From positions 32,001 through 96,000 of the IMG/VR virus record IMGVR_UViG_3300044695_008209: a stretch of 64,000 nt of DNA. One strand, written 5' to 3'. This stretch comes from a virus. Shown in pieces: positions 26,307 to 36,191 of the stretch; positions within the stretch are counted from its first letter, which is position 1; the number at the start of each line of letters is the position of its first letter. Below the pieces are notes generated by a model. That model was not told the DNA's origin. It did no database searches and was given only the letters and a program-made list of their open reading frames with translations. A program made the translations under genes and the position numbers.

Positions 26307-27616
26307 TGGAAGGCGCAGGCTCTCCGGTAGCCGTGCTGATCGAGTCGCCCCTCACCGGGGTGACTACGGGTACGCGCTTCACTTCTGGTACGGACATCAA
26401 CAGTCCACTCGGGAAGCAGCACCTGGCGCGGCGGCCGATGCGCGGGATCCAGGTCAAGTCCGAGACCTTCGCCACCTTGGCCCTCTCGACGTCGGCCTTC
26501 GACCTGAAGAACTCCAGCGCACCCTCCACGGGTGCCAGCTTCACGTCGAACTTCCTGCTCCAGTCCGTCTCCGAGCAGCGGCAGGAGAAGTTCCAGACCG
26601 TCCCCACCTTCGGAGCCACCTACGGCTTCTTCTACGGCGAGCAGCCGCGCATCGTCGCTTTCCAGGCCATCCTCCTCAACACCGCCGACTTCCAGTGGGA
26701 GGCGGAGTGGTGGGAAAACTACGACCAGTTCCTCCGCGGGACGCGCCTGGTAGACCGCGGGATGACCGTGACCCTGACGTACGAAGACGTCGCTCTCGAG
26801 GGCTACCTCATCGGTGCCAGCGTCACGAAGCAGGAGCCCAATCCTTGGATCGCGAACCTCTCCTTCACCATGTGGGTGACGCGGGTCACCTACCTGAGTT
26901 CCCCGGTGGGGGCCGGGTACATCCACCCCGACCACCTGCGGTCGGGGCAGACCCAGTACGACGAGTTCGAGTCCAGCGAGGGCCTCGGCAGCGCGCCCTC
27001 CATGCTGGCCGAGGTCCGGGCCCGGAACGTGGCTTCCCTCGCAGCAGGCGAGGCCACGGGCCTTCTGGGAGCACTGTCCAACGCGGCCAACGCCGTGCAG
27101 GGGTTCTCCGACAAGGTCGGCAACGCGGTGGACAACGCACTGGACTGGCTCTACGGCCGGAACATGGTCATCCCGGTGGGCTTCGCCACCTCCGACGATC
27201 GACCGGGCGCAGCCATGATGGCCGACGGATCTGGCACGGTGCTCCTGCCGAACGGCCTGACTGCGGGGACCGCGACCATCCGGTCCCCTGTGCGTGTCGC
27301 TCCGCTGGTTCAGGTGAGCGGCCCGTTCAACTTCTACGACCACAACGTCGACGAGTACCCAGCCCGCTTCCAGGCCGGGGTGCAGCTCGTCGACACCGTG
27401 CAGGAAGAGACGGCGGACCCCGCCATCGCCTTCGCGGAGGAGATGTACCGGAACTTCGGCATCGACGTCAGCAACGAGGAGGGGCAGCAGACGAGCGACG
27501 TGATGCAGGCGCTTGGGCGGGCCACCTTCGCCGCGCTCTCGTACACGGCCAGCGTGCTCAGCGCGCAGGACAAGTCCAACCTCTCCGGCAAGCCCATCGT
27601 CCCTGAGATCACATGA
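26306..27616 (+). CDS. Baseplate tube-initiator-like structural protein
   Basis: Follows the TMP; beta-strand pattern (QSVSEQRQEKFQ..TFG...GEQPR...LEGYLIGASV) typical of tail-tube fold. Confidence 0.55.
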   Translation: MEGAGSPVAVLIESPLTGVTTGTRFTSGTDINSPLGKQHLARRPMRGIQVKSETFATLALSTSAFDLKNSSAPSTGASFTSNFLLQSVSEQRQEKFQTVPTFGATYGFFYGEQPRIVAFQAILLNTADFQWEAEWWENYDQFLRGTRLVDRGMTVTLTYEDVALEGYLIGASVTKQEPNPWIANLSFTMWVTRVTYLSSPVGAGYIHPDHLRSGQTQYDEFESSEGLGSAPSMLAEVRARNVASLAAGEATGLLGALSNAANAVQGFSDKVGNAVDNALDWLYGRNMVIPVGFATSDDRPGAAMMADGSGTVLLPNGLTAGTATIRSPVRVAPLVQVSGPFNFYDHNVDEYPARFQAGVQLVDTVQEETADPAIAFAEEMYRNFGIDVSNEEGQQTSDVMQALGRATFAALSYTASVLSAQDKSNLSGKPIVPEIT

Positions 27617-30600
27617 GCCAGCTTGGAAGAGCAGAGCCGCTGCACCTGCGCCTCTTCATCGAGGGCATCGAGGTGCCAGTCATCAGTGCGGTCGTCAGCG
27701 GAAACGAGGGTGCGCCGGCGAGCGCGCAGATCGAGATCGTGCCGGCCAACGCGGGGCTGCACCTCGCAGCGCGCAGCAAGGTCATCCTCTTCTTCTACGA
27801 CGGAGGGGACGAGACGGCTCCCTCCGACGCCGACATCGAGGCCAGCAACGCGGGTGCGCGCACCCCGACCGAGGAGCGGAGGCTGGAGGACGAGGGCTAC
27901 TACCAGCTGTTCTCGGGCGAGCTCTTCTCGCTCACCTACTCGAAGTCGGGCGCCGGGTCTCGCGGGCTGGTGCTCCAGTGCCTGGACGACAGCAACAACT
28001 GGGACACGACGTACCTCTACACCCTGCGCTACTCGGCTGACTCCGAGGAGGGGGTGGTCGCGGGCAGCCAAGCAGCCATGATGGGGATCAGTGGCGGGGC
28101 CGCCGCCCCCGACGACATCCTCAACGACCCCCCGCACATCATCAGCACGATCTCCAAGCGGCAGCAGGCGCTCAACCCCTCCGTGGCGGGGTCGAAGGGC
28201 ATGCTCGGCGGCCTGCTCGGCATCCTCGAGCTCATCGGCGGTGTGCCGGGGCAGTACATGGGGATGACCGCCTGGCACACGATCCAGGAGACGCGCGTCC
28301 GGCTCCTGGACCAGATCGCGGCCGACGACGGGGACACGGCGGTGCAGGTCTTCGACGAGACCGCGTTCGAGCACTGGCTACTGGCGGGCGTCGCGGATCT
28401 CGGCACCGTCGTCAGCTTTCGGACGATCGTCGACCTCATCAACCAGTTCATCTACTACACGGTCTCGCCGAACCCGGTCGGGGTCTACATCCCCGGGGAC
28501 GGAGGTGTTCCGAAGTGGCCGGACGGGCTCTTCGACGCGGCGATCGAGAACGAGTCGACGGACGACAAGACCGGGGTGGATGCCGGCATGGATCCGGAGT
28601 TCGCTGAGCTCAAGAATGCCATCCTGGCGTACTTGATCAACGACCTCGGGTGGGACGGGGCATCCGCGAAGTCCGGGGGGAAGCCGCGGGCGCGCATGAC
28701 CAGTGGCTACCGGAGTTCTGCCGAGCAGGCGGCTGTCATGGTCGGTACGGCCCGAGAGGGGCAGACGCCTTCCAGTCCCCACATGGCCGGGTTCGCAGCC
28801 GACTTCAGCACGACGGATGGGATCGGCTTCTGCTACAAGAACAAGCCGAGCGACTCCCCGAAGGCGAGCCTCCACAAGCGGCTGATCTGGGCCGCCACGA
28901 AGTACGGCCTCTCGGACGCGGACAAGATCTACGAGAAGGCAGTCGATAAGGGGCTGCTGACGAAGGTCGAGGTCGCCAGGGCGAAGCAGATGGTCAACTT
29001 CTACCGGGACCTGGAGAAGGCGGTCAAGGAGCGGGGACAGGGGAAGGTGTTCTGGGGGGGCGGCTGGTCTGCCACAGATGCCTGGCTCAAGCTCTACGGG
29101 CTCGGCGGGGACTGCGTGCACACCGAGAGGATCGGGTGGCGCGACAAGGTCAAGGGAGAGGGCAGCGACGGGTCGAAGACGACCTCCCCCGTAGATCTCA
29201 GCGGGTACTACACGTCCAGCCTGATGAACCGCGAGCGACTCTTCACGCAGTTCTTCCACCCCGACATCTGGTTCGCCTCCCCTCCGGCGTGCAACGTCAT
29301 CTTCCCCGAGGAGATCACGACGCTCACGTTCAACCGGGACTTCATGCGCGAGACCACGCGCCTGCAGCTCTCGACGGTCAACGCTGTCATCGGGGACTCG
29401 ACGCTGCTCAACCCCGTCTACTTCGCCCCCACGATCGACAAGGCACTCAACCTGACGAGCGGTGGGCTTGGAACAGCCGCGCGCGCGTTCATCATGCCGC
29501 ACGAGAAGTTCAGCGGCATCGTGCCGAAGATGGAGAAGATCTCGGACCTCTCCCTCTACGTGCGCATCTCCGAGGAGCAGGAGGCGGCGGAGCCCGCCGC
29601 AGCTGCTCCCGCTACCGCAGAGGACCAGTACGCGACGTCCGACCCCAACGCGCCGGAGCCGACCCCATCGACCACGCCTGAGGTGCCGCCCGCAGAGGGG
29701 GAGGAGAAGTCCACGCTCGAGAAGTGGGCCGCGCGCACCACCGCCTTCACGTTCCTCTCGTACAGGTACGACGCGCGCTCCCTGAGCCTGTCCCTGAAGT
29801 TCACCCCCCGCCTCGCGATCGGGTTCCCGGCGCTCGTCGTCGACCGGACGAACCCAGAGACCACGGAGGACGAGCAGAACGAGCCCTCCACCAGCTCCTT
29901 CTCCTCGAACCACTTCCTCGGGACGATCCGCTCTCTCACGCACTCGGTCACCCAGGAGGGCGGCGCCACCACAGCGAGCTTGAGCCACGCGCGCCTCCAC
30001 AAGGCGGCCATGGACGACCTGCACGCCGCTTCCGTCTACGAGAACAAGGGGATGCTCTCCGTCCAGGTCGTGCCCAACCCGGCCGAGCCGCAGACGTACA
30101 CCAACACGGACACCTCGATGGGAACGCGGGTCTTCCGGTGGCTGCAGTCCGTGCGGGACAAGCTGGTCGCCGGGAAGCTCGACCTCGCCAAGCCGGACAT
30201 CCCGGGCCCACACGGAATGGCGCTCACGGGTGCGATCACAGTGGTGAAGGTGCTCCCCGAGGGGGGCACGGTGACGTGGTCTACGAACATCAGGGACCTC
30301 GTCGGACCGCAGCTCCAGGACGAGTTCCCCTTCTCCAGCATCACCTACACGGAGCAGACCGGGACCGCCGCCTACCTGCCTCTCGAGGAGGCGATCAAGC
30401 CCGCCTGGGTATCTGAGACCTACTCGAACAAGCTCATCGGGGGCTTCTACAAGCAGATCCTCGGTTGCGGTTCGATCCACGATCTGTACCCGAACGTCTC
30501 TCCAGGAGAGGCCCCGGACGGGGTGCCCTACTCCGGTGCCAGCATCGAGCGCGTGACGGAGGCCCTGGTGGCGGAGTACTCCGCCAGTTCGGATGGAGGG

Positions 30601-30909
30601 TACCTCGGGCACGAGTTCATCCGCGGGAAGACCGGCCGCAGCTACGCCAGCATCGGCCAGGTGTTCGGCTACGAGACTGGAACCGGAGAGAGCCGGAAGA
30701 AGGTCGAGGGGTTCTACACCCAGTCCATCGGGGACTTCTCCGGGCTCAAGGGGGACCGGTGGACGTGGATGACGGAGTCGAACGGGACGCTGGTGAACGA
30801 GCACGAGGACAACAAGATCGACCCCGGCCTCGACCCGCGAAGCGGGAGACGTGCTCCAGCCCTCGCCTACCAGTACGAGTTGACCCGGGCCTTGGGCCGC
30901 CGGGGTTAG
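27613..30909 (+). CDS. Baseplate hub-like protein with inserted M15 (LAS) peptidase domain
   Basis: Hub-type N-terminus (LRLFIEGIEVPV..A.V); TSGYRS..EQ, SPHMAGFAADF, FWGGGW...GDCVHTE. Confidence 0.7.
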   Translation: MSQLGRAEPLHLRLFIEGIEVPVISAVVSGNEGAPASAQIEIVPANAGLHLAARSKVILFFYDGGDETAPSDADIEASNAGARTPTEERRLEDEGYYQLFSGELFSLTYSKSGAGSRGLVLQCLDDSNNWDTTYLYTLRYSADSEEGVVAGSQAAMMGISGGAAAPDDILNDPPHIISTISKRQQALNPSVAGSKGMLGGLLGILELIGGVPGQYMGMTAWHTIQETRVRLLDQIAADDGDTAVQVFDETAFEHWLLAGVADLGTVVSFRTIVDLINQFIYYTVSPNPVGVYIPGDGGVPKWPDGLFDAAIENESTDDKTGVDAGMDPEFAELKNAILAYLINDLGWDGASAKSGGKPRARMTSGYRSSAEQAAVMVGTAREGQTPSSPHMAGFAADFSTTDGIGFCYKNKPSDSPKASLHKRLIWAATKYGLSDADKIYEKAVDKGLLTKVEVARAKQMVNFYRDLEKAVKERGQGKVFWGGGWSATDAWLKLYGLGGDCVHTERIGWRDKVKGEGSDGSKTTSPVDLSGYYTSSLMNRERLFTQFFHPDIWFASPPACNVIFPEEITTLTFNRDFMRETTRLQLSTVNAVIGDSTLLNPVYFAPTIDKALNLTSGGLGTAARAFIMPHEKFSGIVPKMEKISDLSLYVRISEEQEAAEPAAAAPATAEDQYATSDPNAPEPTPSTTPEVPPAEGEEKSTLEKWAARTTAFTFLSYRYDARSLSLSLKFTPRLAIGFPALVVDRTNPETTEDEQNEPSTSSFSSNHFLGTIRSLTHSVTQEGGATTASLSHARLHKAAMDDLHAASVYENKGMLSVQVVPNPAEPQTYTNTDTSMGTRVFRWLQSVRDKLVAGKLDLAKPDIPGPHGMALTGAITVVKVLPEGGTVTWSTNIRDLVGPQLQDEFPFSSITYTEQTGTAAYLPLEEAIKPAWVSETYSNKLIGGFYKQILGCGSIHDLYPNVSPGEAPDGVPYSGASIERVTEALVAEYSASSDGGYLGHEFIRGKTGRSYASIGQVFGYETGTGESRKKVEGFYTQSIGDFSGLKGDRWTWMTESNGTLVNEHEDNKIDPGLDPRSGRRAPALAYQYELTRALGRRG

Positions 30910-30938
30910 TATAGAGTCCCATCGTCTCGGAGTCCTGC

Positions 30939-31154
30939 ATGCCGACCGCCATCTCCATCGACACCCTCCGCGCCTTCTCGTCCGAGATCTCTGGGATGCA
31001 GAAGGAGTCCGCGGCCACGCTCCCGGACAAGTGGACGGCAGCAGCCCTTCTTGCCGGCGGAGCGATCGGGTCGCACGTCCTGAAGAAGGCCGTACAGGAC
31101 TGGAAGAACGGGCGGCAGATGCGGGTGCAGCAGGCCAGCTACGGAGGGTACTGA
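30939..31154 (+). CDS. Small protein with AF..E...KESA motif and hydrophobic helix
   Basis: LRAFSSEISGMQKESAATL..WTAAALLAGGAIG. Confidence 0.65.
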   Translation: MPTAISIDTLRAFSSEISGMQKESAATLPDKWTAAALLAGGAIGSHVLKKAVQDWKNGRQMRVQQASYGGY

Positions 31155-31678
31155 TGAGCGACGTCGTCAAGAAGCCGGAACTCCACGACTCCCCCGCGCT
31201 CGAGTCCTACGCGAAGTGGCGCCCTCGCCTGCGCCGTGGGGCCTCGTGGGCGTTCCCCGTCGCCGCGGTCGGCAAGGCTGTCGGCGGCGAGGCGCGTACC
31301 ATCGTCCCGCTCACGATCGCTGCCGGAATGGCAGGCGCCGCGGACGCGACGCTCGAAGAGAAGCTCCGGCAGTACAAGGACCACAAGGCCCGCGCGCTCG
31401 TGCAGCGCGGATTCGAGGAGAAGCACATGAGCAGCAAGAAGGCGAGTGTCGAGGATGCCAGCCTGTTCCCCGACGCTGCGGTCACCGCTGCTGAACGAGA
31501 GGCGAGCATCACGCTCACCGGACTCACGCGCAAGCGCGACGAGCTCTCCGCGCGGGCGAACAGCCAGCTGTCGGACTACTTCCCCTCCGCCGCGAAGCAG
31601 AGCGGCAGCTACGGGCGCGGGCTCCGCGTGACCACCGGCCACGGCTCGATCGCGCAGCTGCTCGCCGGCTCGAAGTAG
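31154..31678 (+). CDS. Hypothetical protein with Ala/Gly hydrophobic helices and KKAS motif
   Basis: TGATG coupling; GFEEKHMSSKKAS. Confidence 0.65.
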   Translation: MSDVVKKPELHDSPALESYAKWRPRLRRGASWAFPVAAVGKAVGGEARTIVPLTIAAGMAGAADATLEEKLRQYKDHKARALVQRGFEEKHMSSKKASVEDASLFPDAAVTAAEREASITLTGLTRKRDELSARANSQLSDYFPSAAKQSGSYGRGLRVTTGHGSIAQLLAGSK

Positions 31679-31683
31679 GGCGC

Positions 31684-32571
31684 ATGGGCCTCCTCCTGCG
31701 CGCCTTCGAGAAGCGGGCGACGGGCAGTGTTCTGCCGGTCGCGCCGCCCGTGGCTGCGTCTGCGCCAGCCACGCTGCCCGCACCGGCGGCAGGCGTGCAG
31801 TGGCATCCGGACTGGGCACCAGAGGGCGGGTGGCAGGAGCCCGGGAACGCGAAGGGCTGGCGCCGCCCGGCGCAGGAGGGGAGGCGGAAGGAACTCTTCC
31901 TCTGGGACCAATGGAAGAAGGGCGGGCAGACTCCGGAGCTGTCGGCGCCCCTCCTGAAGTCCCTGCGGCCGGTGATCTACTCGCAGGGCGTCCGCGCCTG
32001 GGCAGACCGGGTTCCGGTGCAGACTCCCGTGCTCGAGGCCAAGGCAGTGCAGCTGACCCTCGGCGCGCTGGAGTCGTACAACCCGGTGAAGGCCCAGCTG
32101 AACACGCACGTCACGAACACGCTGAAGGGCATGCACCGCTTCGCGACCACGCGCCAGAACATGACCCGGCTGACCGAGGCACGCCGGCGTCTGGTTGGAC
32201 CATACCAGCGGGCCCTCTCGCGCCTGAAGGACAAGCTCGAGCGAGAGCCCACCGTCCTTGAGCTCGCCGACGAGATGAAGGAGTCGCCCGCCAACGTGGA
32301 GAAGCTCCTGCTGGAGATGAAGGACGATCTCATGTCCTCTGGCGCGATGGATGACCCCTTCCTCGACGAGACCTCGGAGTCGCGCCTCAAGCTCCAGCTC
32401 ATCCGGTACAGCCTCACCCCCGACGAGAACACGGTCCTGGACTACCTCATGGGCACGGGCGGTAGGCCGAAGATCGAGAGCACGGGGGCCATCGCGAAGC
32501 GCGAGGGTTGGTCCGACTCTCGCGTCTCCCAGATCAAGAACGCGATCATGCGCAAGTGGAAGGGCAAGTGA
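31684..32571 (+). CDS. Sigma70-family (group 3-like) sigma factor
   Basis: Region 2-like (ALESYNPVKAQLNTHV), region 3 REPTVLELADEM, region 4 HTH (TGAIAKREGWSDSRVSQIKNAIMRK). Confidence 0.75.
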   Translation: MGLLLRAFEKRATGSVLPVAPPVAASAPATLPAPAAGVQWHPDWAPEGGWQEPGNAKGWRRPAQEGRRKELFLWDQWKKGGQTPELSAPLLKSLRPVIYSQGVRAWADRVPVQTPVLEAKAVQLTLGALESYNPVKAQLNTHVTNTLKGMHRFATTRQNMTRLTEARRRLVGPYQRALSRLKDKLEREPTVLELADEMKESPANVEKLLLEMKDDLMSSGAMDDPFLDETSESRLKLQLIRYSLTPDENTVLDYLMGTGGRPKIESTGAIAKREGWSDSRVSQIKNAIMRKWKGK

Positions 32572-32807
32572 GCGAGTCCACCCTCCAGACGTTCATCGAC
32601 GAGCTCGAGGAGGTCCTGACCGAGTACCTCGACTCCGAGACTGCGCGCGTCGAGAACGAGCGCGACTTCCTCCTCTCGGTGTACAACGGACGGACGGACG
32701 GGATCACCGTCGAGGATGTCTCGACGGAGTTCACCATGAAGTACCTGTCTGGCAACCTCGGGGACTACATGCCCATCGAGGAGGACGTGAGCACACCCAG
32801 CGGCTAA
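32568..32807 (+). CDS. Small acidic hypothetical
   Basis: GTGA overlap. Confidence 0.6.
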   Translation: MSESTLQTFIDELEEVLTEYLDSETARVENERDFLLSVYNGRTDGITVEDVSTEFTMKYLSGNLGDYMPIEEDVSTPSG

Positions 32808-32811
32808 AGGA

Positions 32812-33516
32812 GTGGGCATGTCCACCGAGCGCGTACTGAACTTTGAGGTCACCACGACGCTGTCCGTCAGCCAGTTGGACGCGGATGGGGTCGCGACCGC
32901 CATCAACGCCGACGCGACCCCGACCCTCGAGATCGTCCAGGCCGGCGTCGTGGTGAACGAGGCGGAGTCCGCAGTCGTGACCTCGACCGGAACGGGCACC
33001 TACGAGTGCGCGTGGACACCGCTGCTCGTGGGCCGGCACGTCTTGACGTGGACGTACACGGTGGGAGGGGACGAGTTCACCTCGGAAGAGAAGGTCGATG
33101 TCATCGCCGACATCAGCGGGGAGTCCGACTCTTCGCTCCCAGGAGAGGCTGTCCCCGCCGTTCCCGACCTGGGCGAAGCCGGCACCTGTCGGGTGTTCGG
33201 GCAGTTCTACGACGCGACCGGAAACGGGGCCCAGGGGATCTACGTGCGCTTCACACCGGACCGGGACTCTACGTCCTTTCTGGCGTCCGGCATCGTCGCC
33301 GTCGAGGTCACGGCCGTGAGCGATGAGGACGGCGCTCTGGAGTTGTACCTGGTCCGCGGCGTCACGGGCATCCTCGCCATCACCGGCGTCGGGGTCGTTC
33401 GCCGTGTCACGGTGCCGACCACCGGGCAGATCAACATCAAGGACCTGGCGGACAGCGGGGATGACCCCCTCGAGGTGCAGACTCCGGTGTTCCACAAGCT
33501 CCCGCGGAGGTCCTGA
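32812..33516 (+). CDS. Tail-associated beta-sandwich protein
   Basis: Ig-like N-terminus (GTGTYEC.WT) plus CRVFGQFYDATG...SDEDGALEL (Stf-N/prealbumin-like). Confidence 0.55.
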   Translation: MGMSTERVLNFEVTTTLSVSQLDADGVATAINADATPTLEIVQAGVVVNEAESAVVTSTGTGTYECAWTPLLVGRHVLTWTYTVGGDEFTSEEKVDVIADISGESDSSLPGEAVPAVPDLGEAGTCRVFGQFYDATGNGAQGIYVRFTPDRDSTSFLASGIVAVEVTAVSDEDGALELYLVRGVTGILAITGVGVVRRVTVPTTGQINIKDLADSGDDPLEVQTPVFHKLPRRS

Positions 33517-34442
33517 TGGTCCCGGTCACCCTGCTCATCACCGACGACTCCATCTCGCAGGAGGCGGTGGCCGACGTCGTCGTGCGGTTCTACAGCGAGG
33601 ACGGGAGTACCTTCGTCACTCAGGCGCAGACCGACGAGAACGGGGAGCTCACCCTGGACCTTGAGGATGCGACCACCTACTGGGTGCGCTTCTTCAAGAT
33701 CGGGTACCAGTTCGAGTCGAAGCTCACCATCGACGTGGACTCGGGAGCGTCGTCGAACACCTTCGACATCGAGGCCGTGGACCTGGAGGTGCTCCCGCCC
33801 TCGACCGTTCCGATCCTCTGCCGGGTGTCCGGCTACGTGGCCGGCGGGGATCTCACGCCGCGACAGGGCATCACGTTCACCTTCACGCTCACGGGCAGCC
33901 CCCGCGTGGCTGCGGGGCGCGTGATGGTCCTCCAGGACCTCGTTACCGTCACCGATGCGGACGGGTGGCTCGAAGTCGAGCTGGTTCGCGGGGGCGTGTA
34001 CGACTGCGTGGTCGAGGGGCAGGACGACGTCGTCTACCGGGTCAAGGTCCCGGACCGCACGTCGATCGGTATCACCGATCTGGTCTGGCCCTACCTGGTG
34101 GAGCTCGTCTACCAGCAGGACGGCGTGGACGTGACCGAGGTCTCCGTGCCAGTCGGCGAGACGGTCGAGATCGACACGTATGTGCGCTTCTCCAGCGGGG
34201 TGGTGACCCCCTTCAAGTACGACGGAGACGTCGGGTGGCGCGAGGTCAGCAACTACCTGACCCTCTTGCTCGGAGACTCCGGCATCGCAAGCCAGACCAT
34301 CTCTGCGGGGGTGATGACGATCACAGGCAACACGGTCGGCGAGACCACCATCACCGCCTCCGTCATCCCCAACATCGAGGCGGCGCGCCTTCCTGAGCCG
34401 ACGAGAACCCTCCCGACGCTGACCATCACTGTGACGGCGTAG
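33516..34442 (+). CDS. Tail-associated protein with prealbumin-like and Ig-like (Big_2) domains
   Basis: TDENGELTL; CRVSG...TDADGWLEVEL; VPVGET...ITGNTVGETTITA. Confidence 0.6.
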   Translation: MVPVTLLITDDSISQEAVADVVVRFYSEDGSTFVTQAQTDENGELTLDLEDATTYWVRFFKIGYQFESKLTIDVDSGASSNTFDIEAVDLEVLPPSTVPILCRVSGYVAGGDLTPRQGITFTFTLTGSPRVAAGRVMVLQDLVTVTDADGWLEVELVRGGVYDCVVEGQDDVVYRVKVPDRTSIGITDLVWPYLVELVYQQDGVDVTEVSVPVGETVEIDTYVRFSSGVVTPFKYDGDVGWREVSNYLTLLLGDSGIASQTISAGVMTITGNTVGETTITASVIPNIEAARLPEPTRTLPTLTITVTA

Positions 34443-34444
34443 CC

Positions 34445-35872
34445 ATGGGCACGAGCATCAAGGAGTCCGCCCTCCTCGACGCTGCCGCACGCGTCTCCAG
34501 TGCCACGGTCGGCGCCTCGCGCGGTCCGGGAGGCTACCGCTCGGTGGACGGGGAGTGGGAGAAGCTCCGAGGCAAGCTGGCGCGTGCGTTGGTGTCCGAC
34601 CCCGATCTGGTGACGTACTTCGCCTACCTCGCGTCCAACCGCGCGTGCGCCTTGGCGCAGAAGGCGGCTGCGCAGCTCTGCAGCATGGCGGTGTCCGTGG
34701 AGGGCTGGAAGTACGCCCAGGTCGAGGCGAAGCCTCCCACCCAGCTCCAGAAGACACTCGCCACCGTCACGACGCGGGACACCTTCAGCGCCGCAGACGC
34801 GTCGCGCCTCTCCACCGAGGTGAACACCTACATCGCAGCAGAGCTGATCCCGAAGATTACCAAGGGAGGGCGGCTGCAGACGCGCGGCACCGAGGCGTAC
34901 TCCGACTACCGCAAGACGCGCGACGAGCTCATCGTGACGTGGAAGAAGCTCCGCCAGGCCCTCGCTGCCTCCTCGGGAACGCGGTTCTTCACCGAGGCCC
35001 CGCTGCGGAACGTCGCGCTCAGCGTGCCGCTCGCCGCACTGGACGCGACGGCCTCGCTCCTCGACCAGGCGAAGCTGACCGACTTCACGGTTCAGCTCGC
35101 CGCGGCGGGCGCTGCCGTAGCGGCGATGGGGCGTCGCGTGGGTCTCAAGACGCGGCTGTGCACCGGTCCGACGGAGTTCCCAGGAGAGGTGACCGTCAAC
35201 GCGACCATCGAGTCGGGGACGGTCGCCGAGATCACGATGGTCCCTGCGCCGGCGCTGCTGGGCATCAAGCCCGGAGACTCGGTGGTCTCTACCGACGGGA
35301 AGACGGCAACCGTGTCGGCGGTCGGAGACGCGGGGATCACGCTCTCAGCCTCCACGATCACCTCCATCAGCGAGGGGGTGTCGGTGTTCTCCGCTGCCTA
35401 CCTCCAGTGGGAGACCTTCGCCCTCGCCCTGGACGCTCCCTACGCGGAGATGCCGTCCGAGGCGCAGCTACTGTCCGAGGTCCGGCGCAAGGAGAGTCCG
35501 AGTGCGGCCAGGATCCGCGGGCTGATGGAGTTCCTCTGCCGCGCCGCAGCGATCCTCGACAGCGTTTCCTCCGACGCCTCGGCGGCGCTGACGCGCGTGG
35601 GGGGCGAGCAGTACGCGTACCCCGGTGTTCCGGTGGCCACGCTGTTGCGAGAGTTCTCGCCGACGTTCGACGCGAAGACGAAGCAGGCGGGGAACCGGCT
35701 GCTCTCCGAGTTGGAGAGCGGAGGGTTCGACTACGCGGTCGAGCTCCTCTACCGGGGAGAGGTGGACTTGCTGATGCTGCTCAACGCGTCCGACGTCTCC
35801 AGGTCGGGGAGGCTGGACTCCGCGGTCGCTGCCCTCAGCACCTACTCGGGAGGTGCTCGTGGGGTGGGATGA
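34445..35872 (+). CDS. Structural protein of unknown function
   Basis: 475-aa coupled ORF in the baseplate operon. Confidence 0.65.
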   Translation: MGTSIKESALLDAAARVSSATVGASRGPGGYRSVDGEWEKLRGKLARALVSDPDLVTYFAYLASNRACALAQKAAAQLCSMAVSVEGWKYAQVEAKPPTQLQKTLATVTTRDTFSAADASRLSTEVNTYIAAELIPKITKGGRLQTRGTEAYSDYRKTRDELIVTWKKLRQALAASSGTRFFTEAPLRNVALSVPLAALDATASLLDQAKLTDFTVQLAAAGAAVAAMGRRVGLKTRLCTGPTEFPGEVTVNATIESGTVAEITMVPAPALLGIKPGDSVVSTDGKTATVSAVGDAGITLSASTITSISEGVSVFSAAYLQWETFALALDAPYAEMPSEAQLLSEVRRKESPSAARIRGLMEFLCRAAAILDSVSSDASAALTRVGGEQYAYPGVPVATLLREFSPTFDAKTKQAGNRLLSELESGGFDYAVELLYRGEVDLLMLLNASDVSRSGRLDSAVAALSTYSGGARGVG

Positions 35873-36191
35873 AACACGTGTCCAGGTCGCGCAGGCCGTC
35901 GCCGTCATTCGGGCGAGGGAGGTCGCTGACCGTGGGACGAACACGACGCTCGAGATCTCCTTGCTGGAGGAGATCGTGGCCCTGGACTCCGCGCAGACCT
36001 CTGCCGTGGACACTCTGGGCGCCGGGAACCTGATCGAGCACGCGGACGACGGGAACGTGCGGCCCGGACGACTGCAGCAGCTCGAGGCGATGCGCACGCT
36101 GTTCTTCGGGGACAGCGCCTCCGGTCAGGAGGGCCTTCTTGATATGATGCGGAAGATGCCGGATCCCTCCGAGCCATCGGAGCAGTCATGA
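35853..36191 (+). CDS. Hypothetical (structural operon)
   Basis: Coupled ORF. Confidence 0.6.
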   Translation: MLVGWDETRVQVAQAVAVIRAREVADRGTNTTLEISLLEEIVALDSAQTSAVDTLGAGNLIEHADDGNVRPGRLQQLEAMRTLFFGDSASGQEGLLDMMRKMPDPSEPSEQS

